This document shows, in pieces, positions 43,858 through 56,344 of a stretch of 64,000 bases of DNA; positions within the stretch are counted from its first letter, which is position 1; every line of letters begins with the position of its first letter. The translations under genes and the position numbers were made by a program. The stretch comes from Eledone cirrhosa (taxonomy: Eukaryota), in NCBI GenBank assembly GCA_964016885.1, contig OZ024746.1:56978001-57042000 (forward strand), given 5' to 3'. The notes below the pieces were generated by a model. The model was not told the DNA's origin and did no database searches. It saw nothing but the letters and a program-made list of their open reading frames with translations.

Positions 43858-46800
43858 TACTGCTGATGTTGGAGGAAGGAGAAGAAGGAAAGGGGCCAGA
43901 ACCAACTGGACGAAATAATTGAATAGAACTGTTATGCAATGTTACCTGAAAAGTAACCCCAAGGAGAGGGGCTACAGGAGACGGATGCATAACATCTGGA
44001 ACGAGATTGGTTTATTTAAATTAGATGACCAAAAATTGGCCGGGCAGGCTCGGGTAATAAGAACTAATGGATGGATAAGCGGGCTGGAACTGGAGGAACT
44101 GAGCAGGGAGAATGGCTTGGAGATGGCGGGTGTAGTATGCCAGACAAGCGAGCCAGTGGGAAATGAAGGTGAAGAGGTCCTGAGAACGGAGGAACCACCC
44201 GAAGCAGACAATGATCTGAATACTGAGATAAATAATACCTGGAACAGAGATACGGCCACTGAGGAGATGAATGCTGATGGGCTAGGACAAGATTCGGTTC
44301 ACATCCTAAATTTAGTGGTAGATGAATTGAACAATGATAGTGGGAGACCTATGAACCTAAGATTTGTAGACAGGAAAAAGTTAAAAGAAACAACAGCTAA
44401 GGTAAACAAAGTCATCCCATACCTTGAGGCGAGGAGCCTTCACCAGTGCAACAATATCCTCAAAGCAACAGCAAATACGGTGAGGAAACTACTTGGTATA
44501 AAAGCGAGAGGAAACAACAGACAGGAAAGAGCAGAGCCGTGGTGGAAGAAGCGACTGAGTGGGCAAATCGGGGAAATGAGAAATGACATAGGAAAGCTTG
44601 AGTCACTACTGAATGGGACACTAAAAAACATAGACACTAAAAATAGACTGGAAATAAAATACAAAACTAGGAGGAAAAAGCTAAATATTATCATAGAGGA
44701 ACTGAAGCAACGCATTGTAGCAAAGAGTGCAAAAATCAGGCGATACGAGAACAGAGTCAGTCAGTATAAACAGAACCGCATGTTCGACAACAACCAGAAG
44801 ATGCTGTTTGGACAGCTTGAGGGGAAAGAAAGAGGCAACGACTTGATCCCTGGGGCGGAGCAAACTAAAACATTCTGGAGAGGAATATGGAAGCAGGATG
44901 TTAGACACAATGCCCAGGCAGGGTGGATTGAGACAGTACAGAGGGAGATCGGTGAGCAGGCACAACAACAAACTGATTTGAGTATCACAGTTGAAACTCT
45001 TAAGGGGCAGGCCAAAAAACTAACCAACTGGAAATCACCAGGCCCAGATGGTGTGCAGGAGTATTGGATTAAACATTTAACATCCCTCCACCCGAAGCTG
45101 ACGGCCATGTTCAATGACTGCTTGGTGTCGGGTGAGGTGCCAGACTGGTTGACAAAAGGTACCACAGTTCTGATAATGAAAGACCGAATCAAGGGTAAGG
45201 GTGTTACCAACTATAGACCTATCACATGTCTGTCCGTAATGTGGAAACTGTTGACGAGCATAGTGTCTGAGGAAATCTACCATCACCTCCACACAAACAA
45301 CTTGTTACCGGACGAACAGAAAGGATGCCGAAAGAAGTCACGTGGTACAAAGGACCAGTTGCTTATTGATAAGATGGTAATGGGGAATTGTAGGAGGAGA
45401 CACACTGATCTTGCCATGGGATGGATAGACTACAGAAAGGCATTTGACATGGTGCCTCATTTCTGGATCACCAAAAGCCTGGAGATCTTCAGGGTGGCAG
45501 ATAACATCAGACAGTTGCTAGGCAGGAGTATGGGGTCCTGGGAGACAGAGTTGACATCAACTGGAGTATCCTTGGGAAGCGTGAAGATCAAGAGAGGTGT
45601 CTTCCAGGGAGATAGCCTGTCCCCTCTGTTGTTTGTCCTTGCCCTGATGCCCTTGACCATTATGTTGCGAAAAGTGAGAGCAGGATACAAGTTGGGAAGG
45701 GGAGAGCTTACCATCAATCACCTCCTCTTCATGGACGATCTTAAGCTCTTCGGGAAAAGTGAGAAGGAGTTGGATGTGCTTGTTGACACTGTCCGTATTT
45801 TCAGCAGTGATATATGTATGCAGTTTGGTATTGGTAAATGTGGAGTCATTGTGATGAAGAGGGCTAGGTTGAGCAGAAGTTACGGGATCCAGATACCAAC
45901 AGGTGAGATGATAAAGGAAATTGACTCTGAGGAAGGATACAAGTATTTGGGCGTTCTGGAGGCTGATGGCATAAAGAACAAAAAAATGAAGGAATTGTTA
46001 AGAACTGAATACATTCGGAGAGTAAGGAGCGTATTGAAGTCACATCTGAACAGCAGAAATGCCATAAGCGCAGTAAATTCCCGAGCACTTTCTATTATTA
46101 GGTACAGTGCGGGAATTCTGAGATGGAATGTTGCTGAACAAAAAGAAATGGATAGGAAGACTAGGAAGCTATTGACTATCTACAACATGTTCCACAAGAG
46201 GAGTGATGTCGATAGACTCTACCTAAGGAGATCTGAGGGTGGAAGAGGTCTTATCAGCATAGATGACTGTGTTCAGATGGAGAAAAACAACCTATACAAA
46301 TACGTGACCTATAGTAAGGAGCCAATGCTCAGAACTGTACTGAAGGAGGGGACAGTAGGCCAGGGGATATCCAAGGAGGAAATAACATCAAGGAGGAAGA
46401 GCAGCCTTAAGGGAAAATCCCTTCATAGTACCTTCTTTGAGAAAACTGAATTTAGAGATCCACAGACATGGAACTGGTTGAGAAGAGGAGACCTCAAAAA
46501 GGCTACAGAAGGAATGCTAATGGCTGCGCAGGAGCAGGCCCTCAAAACGAAGTGGTTGAAGCACCATATCTACAAGGAGGAGGCTAGCCCACTGTGCAGG
46601 ATCTGTGGAGAGAGAGAGGAGACTGTGGCTCACATTGTGTCCGAGTGTAAACACCTAGCCCAGACCCACTATAAGGGCTGGAGACACGATGTGATGGGCA
46701 GGGTGATCCACTGGCACCTATGCAAAGTAAACAATTTACCACATTCTGAGAAATGGTATGAGCATAGGCCAGAGGCGGTGATGGAGCACAATCAGGTGAA

Positions 46801-47250
46801 GGTGCTGTGGGATTTTAGGATACAGACGGACAAAAAACTGGAACACAATAGACCTGACCTGGTGGTTGTGGACAAAGAAAAAAGATCGTGTCTCATTGTG
46901 GATGTGGCCTGCCCGTTTGACACGAGAGTGCAAGAGAAGGAGAGGGAGAAAATTAACCGATACCAGGACCTAAAGTGGGAGGTGAAAAGGATTTGGAACT
47001 GCCATGATGTCAAAGTGATCCCGATTGTCATAGGCGCACTGGGGACTATCTCCAAAAGTTTCCAGGGATGGTTAAAGAAAATCGGCCCCTTCACGCTTTT
47101 TGGAACGCTTCAAAAGGCATGCTTGCTTGGAACAGCAAGAACCCTCCGATACGTCCTGAATATCTGAGGCTGCAGGTAGTGGCTTGATATCCAATCCAAC
47201 GGACTTTCCAGTTAACCAACATCAATGACTGAGATTCAAGGAATAACAAC
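43855..47250 (+). mobile_element. R4/Dong-type retrotransposon copy 3, between (AAT)n tracts
   Basis: Starts right after the (AAT)n tail of copy 2 and ends in (AAT)n then (AAG)n. Confidence 0.92.
43919..47167 (+). CDS. R4/Dong-clade polyprotein: RT, CCHC zinc finger, restriction-like endonuclease
   Basis: NYRPITCL, WIDYRKAFD, GVFQGDSLSPLLF, LFMDDLK, CRICGEREETVAHIVSEC, RHD, RPDLVVVD..IVDVACPFD, EKINRYQDL. Uninterrupted 1082 aa. Confidence 0.92.
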   Translation: MNRTVMQCYLKSNPKERGYRRRMHNIWNEIGLFKLDDQKLAGQARVIRTNGWISGLELEELSRENGLEMAGVVCQTSEPVGNEGEEVLRTEEPPEADNDLNTEINNTWNRDTATEEMNADGLGQDSVHILNLVVDELNNDSGRPMNLRFVDRKKLKETTAKVNKVIPYLEARSLHQCNNILKATANTVRKLLGIKARGNNRQERAEPWWKKRLSGQIGEMRNDIGKLESLLNGTLKNIDTKNRLEIKYKTRRKKLNIIIEELKQRIVAKSAKIRRYENRVSQYKQNRMFDNNQKMLFGQLEGKERGNDLIPGAEQTKTFWRGIWKQDVRHNAQAGWIETVQREIGEQAQQQTDLSITVETLKGQAKKLTNWKSPGPDGVQEYWIKHLTSLHPKLTAMFNDCLVSGEVPDWLTKGTTVLIMKDRIKGKGVTNYRPITCLSVMWKLLTSIVSEEIYHHLHTNNLLPDEQKGCRKKSRGTKDQLLIDKMVMGNCRRRHTDLAMGWIDYRKAFDMVPHFWITKSLEIFRVADNIRQLLGRSMGSWETELTSTGVSLGSVKIKRGVFQGDSLSPLLFVLALMPLTIMLRKVRAGYKLGRGELTINHLLFMDDLKLFGKSEKELDVLVDTVRIFSSDICMQFGIGKCGVIVMKRARLSRSYGIQIPTGEMIKEIDSEEGYKYLGVLEADGIKNKKMKELLRTEYIRRVRSVLKSHLNSRNAISAVNSRALSIIRYSAGILRWNVAEQKEMDRKTRKLLTIYNMFHKRSDVDRLYLRRSEGGRGLISIDDCVQMEKNNLYKYVTYSKEPMLRTVLKEGTVGQGISKEEITSRRKSSLKGKSLHSTFFEKTEFRDPQTWNWLRRGDLKKATEGMLMAAQEQALKTKWLKHHIYKEEASPLCRICGEREETVAHIVSECKHLAQTHYKGWRHDVMGRVIHWHLCKVNNLPHSEKWYEHRPEAVMEHNQVKVLWDFRIQTDKKLEHNRPDLVVVDKEKRSCLIVDVACPFDTRVQEKEREKINRYQDLKWEVKRIWNCHDVKVIPIVIGALGTISKSFQGWLKKIGPFTLFGTLQKACLLGTARTLRYVLNI

Positions 47251-47285
<35 letters not shown>

Positions 47286-47305
47286 GAAGAAGAAGAAGAA
47301 GAAGA

Positions 47306-47420
47306 CGAGAGTGCGTAGCTCGATGATCAGAGAGTCACTCCACGTAGAGCCGGTACTACTCCGAATTAAAATATCACAGCTCCAATACTATGGGCATGGG
47401 GTTAGAATGTCTCAGAAAGG
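47306..47420 (+). mobile_element. RTE-like fragment homologous to 30447-30540
   Basis: Shared agagtgcgtagctc..atcagag..tcactccacg..gctccaatactatg. Confidence 0.7.
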
Positions 47421-48383
47421 CATGCTATCTATGCATCACAGACCCGAAACTCATATACTTTATATATCTTGTTAGCTATATACCTACATCCATCTCCTAA
47501 GCTTTGCAGAATATAGGTAACCGTACATAATTTTCTCATTTTCTTCTTTTGCTTTTTCTAATCATGTTTCATATTTTAGCTCTGCATCTCCAAGGCATAA
47601 GCAGTATCAGTAATATACAATAATTCATATTTCATATATGTTTTTTATATTATATTTTCATTGCCCTCATATCATCGTGGATATATTTCAATTACTTTAG
47701 CATTATTTCTATATTGCTTTTAACATCTTATCACTGTAATCTTCATTACCACTAGTAGCAAAGTTGTTGAGAGTATCACAGTATAAAGGTCATTATCTTT
47801 TCTGTTCTTCCACGTCAATCTACCTTATTATTACCTAGAGAATTCCACCCTTTTGCTAATGTTACTATTTCATTAACTGCTATTTTTTTAACTCATCTCC
47901 ATTCATGTTATCATCATTATCATCGTGCAGACCATGTCCATTGCTTTTTCATATAATTCAATTATCTGCAATCTATCCACTGAATATATAATTCCCCCCC
48001 CCCCCCTGTTAATTGATGTATTCTCATCTTGTCATCTGCGCCACACCATCACCATATTTTTCGTTTTATTCCTTTTACTTCTTTATATTTGTTGTTATAC
48101 CTTCGTTCTTTCTCTTTTTTCTTATATCCTCATTATTACTACACACTCTTCTCCTAATATACACCATTCCCCAAACACATGCAAAAATACAATCCACCAC
48201 ATACCCGAAGGTTTCCGTAATTTTGCTCTCTCTGCAATTGACAATTTGAGTTTTGCTTAACTTGTGCACAGGAGAAACTCAAAATAATAAGACTCTTCAC
48301 ATAAGATTCATCAGCCATAATTAAGAATATTTTAACTTTGGTTACTTATTGAATACCCATTCACACGTTCGTCAATACAACAA

Positions 48384-48431
<48 letters not shown>

Positions 48432-48436
<5 letters not shown>

Positions 48437-51400
48437 CAAAAGATGGTTAAAAGAGTTCCATGTATTTTATTATGCGCATTTCAAAACAAATATCATCATG
48501 GGATGATATTTGCGTTCTCATCAGATACAATAGGGAGACATGATATGTAGCTTAAAAAAAAACTTGCGAGCAGTGAAAATGTTAAATCAACATATGAAAA
48601 ATAAAATAAGATGGATATATGAGATTGGGAAAAAAAGGAAAGGAAGTGGGGAAGGAAAAGGTGAGGAATAGGAAGAAAGAATATAATAAGAAAAACAAAA
48701 TAATAGGGAAAGGATGACGGAGGAAGAGTATAAGAAGGAAGGATGAGAGAGGAGAGGAAAATGAGTGAGAGAGAGAGAGAGAGAGATAAGATTTAATACT
48801 GAGAAACATTGTCTCACAGAGAGAAATAAAAAAGAACGTTGTAAGATATTACAAAATTTAAAAAAAATAAAAAAATTAAAAGTTAATGAGGTTTATGAAT
48901 GGTGATGCTTATGATTAAAGAAAAAGGAATTAAGAATACTATTTATTTAAGGTTTATATATTGAAAGGTTTAATAATATGTGCGAAAAGGAAGTTATTAA
49001 AATGTATTATTAAAATAAAATATATTAAGAAGATAAGGTGAATGAAGTTAAGGTTAAATGCATTATGAACATAGAGGAATTAATTAGGGTCCAAGTGTGT
49101 TTCTATATATTGTAATAGGAAAAAGTAAATAATAGGTATAATACGAACACGGACGGAGAGAGGAAAGAAGAAATTCAAGGAAGAAAAAATATATAACGTC
49201 AAAAAAATATATGTTTACAACATTTCACTAATGGTAATATTAGTATATATTAAAACTAAAAATTTGTATGGCCGAGAATATAAGGAAAATGCTATAGTGA
49301 GTTATAATATGAATTAAGAAGTAATTGAGAAGTAAAAGTTGCAGATTAAAGATTAGAAATTAAAAAAAAGAAGAAAAAGAAGAAATATAGGTGAGCGCTA
49401 ACGGCATAGTATGAGTAATATTGTATAATATACTGAAATAAGGTAGACAAATGGGTATATTTGTAAAAAATATAAAAGAATTTTAGATAAGAGGATTTTA
49501 AACTAATAATTAGGTAGTAAGATATTAGCTGTATACTTTAGGGAACGTTCTATTTCATTTATGCAAGCAGAGCGAAAATAAATCCGTACGTCTATTTATC
49601 ATAGAATTAAAATGAGAGATAGTGGTAAATTTTTCCGCTAGGCAGAGATTACATGTTCTGGATAGAGATAATGAGAATCTAAATTGTGTTAATTTTAAAT
49701 CTAACCACCCTATTAACATTAAACATGCTATAGTCTGTAATGTTGAAAAAAGAATCTGCAATCTATCTTCTAATAAAGTTATCTTTGACGCTAAAGCCAA
49801 TTATTACAATAATGCGCTTTCCAGAGCCGGTTATCCTGACAAAGTTAAATACAGTAAAGAAACCAATCATCGAGGGACTTATAGTAATATAGTTAGTTAT
49901 AAACATTCCAATAACATAAAGAAAAGACCTAGATATAAAAATATGATTTGGTACAACGCTCCTTTTTCTCTATCTATTATTAGTAATATTCCTAAACTAT
50001 TTTTCAGGGCCTTAGATAAATGCTTCCCTCCTTCGCATTTTTATAGTAAGATGTTTAATAAACATACAATTACATTATCTTATTCCACCACTTCCAACAT
50101 CTCTAACATTATCTCTAAACATAATAATAAAATATTAAGTAATAAATGTTATCCATCCAACACTGAGCGTCATAATAATAGCAATAGTAAACCCGACGTC
50201 AATGTTAACTCTAGGCTAGATTCCGTAAATTTAAATACGACCTCAAACGTAACTTTGTCGAATGTTCATAATGCCAATCTAAATCAGGAACCTATAGCAC
50301 CTATCGTTAATAACTTCTCGAAATCAATTCCTTCTAAAAATTATACTGGGTCACTTGCTAATAACTCTGGTAATTTCTATAATCGTAATTGCAATTGCCC
50401 TGTTAGAACTAAATGTCCTCTTAGTAACCAATATCTTGATAACAATGTAGTGTATGAATGTAAGGTTATAACTGGTACTAATTATTTTACCTATTTTGAT
50501 TCCACTTCCACTTCCTTTAAAGCAAGATTTTATAATCATAATTCTTATTTTAAATAAAAACTTAAAATAACTAATACGGCACTCTAAGAACTCATATGGT
50601 CTTTAAAGGACAAACATATTAAATACAACATTTCTTGGAGGAAGGTTTGCAACGCCTCTCCTTACCTTAATTCTTCCCTATCCAGAACATGTAATCTCTG
50701 CCTATCTCTAATTTTAATTCTATGATAAATATGCGTACGGATTTATTTTCGCTCTGCTTGCATAAATGAAATAGAACTTTCCATAAAGTATACAGCTAAT
50801 ATCTTACTACCTAATTAGTTTAAAATATTTTTTTCTCAAACGCTTTTATATTTTTTACAAATATACCCATCTTTGTACCTTATTTCAGTATATTATACAA
50901 TATTACTCATACTATGTCGTTAGCGGTCCCCTATTTTCTTATTTTTATTCTTTTTTTTTTATTTCTAATCTTTAATCTGCAACTTTTACTTTTCAATTAC
51001 TTCTTAATTGATATTATAACTCATTATAGCAATTTCCTTATTTCATTTCATTTGAGTTTGAGTCCATGCTCAGGCCAAGTCGAAGACTCCACCCTCGGCC
51101 ATACACATTTTTATTTTTAATATATACTAATATTACCATTAGTGAAATTGTGTAAACATATATGTTGTTGACGTTATATATTTTTTCTTCCTTGAATTTC
51201 TCCTTTCTTTTCTCCTTCCGTGCTCGTATTATACCTATTATTTACTTTTTCCTATTACAATATATAGAAACACACTTGGACCCTAATTAATTCCTCTATG
51301 TTCATAATTCATTTAACCTTATCTTCATTCACATTATCCTTTTAATATGTTTTATTTTAATAATACATTTTAATAAATTCCTTTTCGCACATATTATTAA

Positions 51401-52030
51401 ACCCTTCAATATATAAACCTTAAATAAATAGTATTCTTAATTCTTTTTTCTTTAATCATAAGCATCACCATTCATAAACCTCATTAACTTTTAATTTCTG
51501 AATTTTTTAAAATTATGTATTAACTTACAACGTTTTTTTTTATTTCTCTTTGTGAGACAGTGTTTCTCAGTATTAAAGGTTATCTCTCCCTATCACTCAC
51601 TTATTTTCTCCTCCTCTCTCATCCTTCCTTCTCATTCTCCTCCTCCGTCATCGTTTCCTTATTATTATATATATTTTTTCTTATTATATTCTTTCTTCCT
51701 CTTCCATACATTTTCCTTCCCCACTTCCTTTCCTTTTTTCCCAGTCTCATATATCCATCTTATTTTATTTTTCATTTGATGATTTAACACTTCACTGCTC
51801 GCAAGTGTTTTTTAAGCTTCATATCATGTCTCCCTATTATATCTGATGAGAACGCAAATATTATCCCATGATGATATTTGTTTTTGAAATGCGCATAATA
51901 AAATACATGGAACTCTTTTAAACATCTTTTTATTTTATATTATTTATACTCCAGTCTTCTAAACTGTTGTGTGCTACCTATCCGATATTTGAATTGCTTT
52001 ATTGTGGTACAATAAAACTCACCTCCTACA
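48432..52030 (+). mobile_element. Penelope-like fold-back (arms ~48432-49670 / 50676-51938 plus tail) around an RT-thumb/linker/GIY-YIG fragment
   Basis: ORF 49622: SNHP, RICNLSSN, YYNNALSRAGY, IWYNAPFS, CNCPVRTKCPL, NVVYECKV..YF. Arms carry family A hammerheads (48463-48532 -, 51835-51905 +). Confidence 0.88.
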
Positions 52031-52125
52031 TATATATATATATATATATAATACATTATGAAGAGAGAAGAAACATTTAGATATAATTAGTAATAAAATG
52101 TATCATACCTAAACTGCTCCTAGAT

Positions 52126-52215
52126 TCCTCGACTACGTAGTTTCGTGGCATAAACAAAAACAATACATCATAAAGATATAGAGTCCTTGCGAGGTCTGCC
52201 GACTTATCAAGAGGA
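52126..52215 (-). ncRNA. Type I hammerhead candidate, U3-A8 variant (second copy)
   Basis: Core and stems identical to 24098-24187. Confidence 0.7.
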
Positions 52216-52606
52216 TATATCATTTTACTAGCTTCAAGAACGCGTCTACACGACGTGAGAAAGAATTTTGTTTGAAAAAGAATTTTGTTTGAAAACAAAA
52301 TGGTGTAGGACAGAACAAAGGAGAGGCACAGAAACAAAGAAAGGAATCCCCAGTCACTGAAGAGGTCACAGAGTGTGTGACGAAAGAACTATGGAAATAT
52401 ATAAACAACTATCTGGTTGTGGAACCAACCAACCAACCAGAAATTTATAAAGTTATAAATTTATTATAAATTTATTATAATAAATTGAAGTGAAAGCAAC
52501 TGGTGCGTGTGTTTCTTATTGGCAACATGACCCTCCCAAAGTATAACAATATCGGTTTCAACACACGATTTCAGATAAAGAATCTTGCTAGAAAAATTCA
52601 GAAACG

Positions 52607-52650
<44 letters not shown>

Positions 52651-52810
52651 CGTTTCTGAATATGCTAGAAAGCATGGCGTATAATGTCCGTTTACAATTG
52701 TTTCGCTACTCCATATAATATTTCTGGATCAAATGACTATATATCATTATTGATCTGGTTCAGTTGAAAATAATTAACATATGTAAACACAGAGCAGCTC
52801 ATCGGAACTT

Positions 52811-52856
<46 letters not shown>

Positions 52857-52979
52857 TCATTAGTTTAAGCAAAACAAGATCATAAATTTCACAAGGAAGA
52901 CATTATTAAAAGATTGTCAACATATTTTAGTTTGATCTAAGGAATGTAGAGAATAATAATAATAATATTAATAATAATT

Positions 52980-53208
52980 GGTTCTACTTTTGGCACAAGG
53001 CCCGCAATTACCCAGTGCATTGCTGGTACTTTATTTTATTAATAATATTAATAATAATTGTTTCTACTTTAGGCACAAGCCCACCAATTAACCAGTACAT
53101 TATCGGTACTTTATTTTATCGACGCCTTAAGGATGAAAGGCAAAGTTAACCTCGGTGGGATTTGAACTCAGACTGTAAAGGGACGTAACTATGCTAGAAA
53201 GCATGGCG
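52980..53208 (-). mobile_element. tRNA-derived SINE (same family as 22212) with duplicated 3' part
   Basis: Reverse complement of gagttcaaatccc..gaggttaactttgcctttcatcctt..gtcgataaaataaagtacc. Confidence 0.75.
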
Positions 53209-56130
53209 TATAATGTCCGTTTACAATTGTTTCGCTACTCCATATAATATTTCTGGATCAAATGACTATATATCATTATTGATCTGGTTCAGTTGAAAAT
53301 AATTAATATATGTAAACACAGAGCAGCTCATCGGAACTTCAAAGGAATATAAATTAAGATAAGGAGGGAGTGTTACATAATGTAATGTTCCATATATTGG
53401 TATTTCAGTGTGGTATCTTGGGTGTATCAATTGTCAGCCATAATCAAGCAGTATTCTTCTGTCGAGACTGCATTGTGTGAGATCTGCCTATGTGTAACAA
53501 GATGGAACTTAATAAAAACTATAAAAAAATATACCCTCCAGTGTAAACGTACCTAACCGAAAAACCCAGGCTTTGGTTAAAGATTGCATCTGGATAGATT
53601 TACCCACCCTTATGTACCAACAACCCCAAGGTTCTCTCTCAAGGATCATAAGCTAAACTTTATAGAGAACCCATCTATTAGACTTATAAGCCAAACCACA
53701 TCCGACCTGGGTCGTATCAATAAGAACATCTTTGATAGGATCATCTCTGGGCTATATCTGGATGATATCACCTATAAGTTGTGGTCCAACACCGGTCAAG
53801 TCATTAGATGGTTCTCCGATCTAAGGTCCAAGCAATCTATGAGGTACATCCAATTTGACATCGACAGCTATTACGCTTGAATAACCCCGGAACTGCTCAA
53901 CAAAGCATTAACCCTAGCCAGCACCAACTCAGACATAACCAATAATGAGATTGACATCATACTTATGGCTAGGCAGACCATCATTGAATTCAACGGAGCA
54001 CTCTGGACTAGAAAAGTAAGAACAAACAACTTTGACATCACGATGGGCTCAAGTGACTCACCGATGTAGTTGGAATTTACCTATTACATTACATCAGAGT
54101 CGAAATCCAACCCTTGCAAGGCCGAATATACAGGGACGACGCCCTATTTGCGGTCCACAATTGCACTAATCGGGGAATTGATTTGCTAAAAAAATAATTA
54201 CATAGATTCTTTAAAAACAGACTCTCTCTCACCATCGAGCAGAACCATAAAGTAGTAAACTTCCTAGACGTCACCCTGTATATCAACAATAACCTTTATT
54301 ACCATTACCATAAACGAGGTGAAATACTCACATATATTAGCCCACACTCTAACCACCCACCGGCAGTCATCAGAGCAGTAATTAAATTTATCTCGTATAG
54401 GATCTCCATGATATCAGCAAATGAGGAAATATTTATAAACCATGCATTTTATATAATAATAAGGCTCTTTCTGAATCTGGTTATGAACAAACCATTTACT
54501 ACATACCTACATGCCATAACACAGAAATTCATCATAATAAATGTAACACTAGAACTAGAAATAACTTAGCATATAGCCAGATTTGCCGGAATTTTAGCAG
54601 TTACAGCACATATACAGGGAACTTTAATGGTGGCATTGTCCTGCTCCCCACTCCAAGCAGCAAACTAAAAATCAACCCTAGAATAGGAATAAGAAATGGG
54701 ATGACAAATAACAAATCCCCAGGTAATAATAAAACTAGGAAGGCCCCTACCAACTCCACTAGAACCCCTAGAAGGAGTAGGCCTAGAAATATCACCTGGC
54801 ATAACCCCCCATTCTCATCTAATCTAGCCACTAATATCCCTAAACGCTTCTTCTCTATCCTATCTAAACACTCCCCCCACCCAACCATAGATATTAGAAA
54901 CTCTTTAATAAAAATAACATTAAAATCTCATTCTCCACAACACCTAACCTAGCTAGCCACATCGCATTCAGTAACCATCATAAACTAAGAAAGTATAACT
55001 CCCACACCGCGGTACCACCACCCCTATAAAATACACCACACCACTACACTAATACTTACTCTAGTAGCATACCTCCCGCATCTAATCCTCCTAACACTGA
55101 CCAACCGCTTAGGTTAAACTACCCTACTCTCACTAAGCAACTGCAACTGTCGTTACCCTAATGCATGCCCACTAAATGGACACTGCCTGACACCCAACAT
55201 AGTCTATAGTGGCACAGTTAAAACTTCGATTACAGCTCCAATATCGGGTCTACCTCCAACCCTTTTAAGGTACACTATAACGCGCACTCTTTTTCCTTCC
55301 GAGACCCTAACAACAGATGTTCGACATCTCTAGCTAGGCTCATTAAAAACCTTAAATTAACGAACATTGAACACTCAATAACGTGGGATATTTTACACGG
55401 CCCAACCGTTCAATGGAGGAAGACAATCTTGTGATCTCTGTATTACCGAAGCATATTACATAACTCCATCACGACCTCTACCGATTAACGATAGAACGGA
55501 GGTAACTATTAGCTGTCAACATAGAAGGGCTAATTCCTTCGCCAACAGAATATATGACCCAACATAGTCATCTAGCCCTATTTTTACTTGTAGCTAATAA
55601 GTTAAATAGCTATAACTAACTTAGATAATTATAAGTTACCTCCCCTACATTGTCTCGCATTTAAAAAATTAAAAATTAGCACTTAACTTTAATTACCCAC
55701 AATTTCTAATCTCTCGAGGAGTTACTTCCCCTGAACCACTCTCTTGTTACCCATAGGCAGATCTCGACAGCCTCGACAGATGAATACTGCTTGATTATGG
55801 CTGACAATTGATACACCCAGGACACCATAGTGAAATACCAATATACGGAACATTACATTATGTAACATTCTCTCCTTATCTTAATTTATATTCCTTTGAA
55901 GTTCCGACGAGCGGCTCTGTTTATAAATATGTTAATTATTTTCAACTGAACCAGATCAATAATGATATATAGTCATTTGATCCAGAAATATTATATGGAG
56001 TAGCGAAACAATTGTAAACGGACATTATTATTATTAATATGATTATTATTATTCTATACATTCCTTACATCAATCTTTTAATAATGTCTTCCTTGTGAAA
56101 TTTGTGGTCTTGTTTTGCTTAACTAATGAA
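53209..56130 (+). mobile_element. Decayed Penelope-like element (RT and GIY-YIG, ~53540-55567) with inverted terminal arms 53209-53503 / 55742-56028
   Basis: LKDHK..PSIRLI, QFDIDSYY, FDITMGS, IYRDD, NFLDVTL, SNHP, ITWHNPPFS, CNC..CPLNGHCL, CDLC. The arms are reverse-complementary. Confidence 0.85.
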
Positions 56131-56309
56131 TATTTCCAGCTCTGCGCGCCTAACTTATGCATGAACCCTGCCACCTAGCTGCTTTCTACTGCATATTGCG
56201 CATTGAGCACATGCCTTTACGCTTTGGCTTCTAACTAATTCACCAATCTCTCCTCTCCTATCTCCTTTCCTATCTCCATCTCTCTCTTTAAGATTGGTTA
56301 CTCATAAAC

Positions 56310-56344
<35 letters not shown>

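Noticed and set aside
33448-47094. Many short ORFs opposite the Tx1 and Dong ORFs
   Set aside because: Antisense or alternative-frame shadows with no independent motifs.
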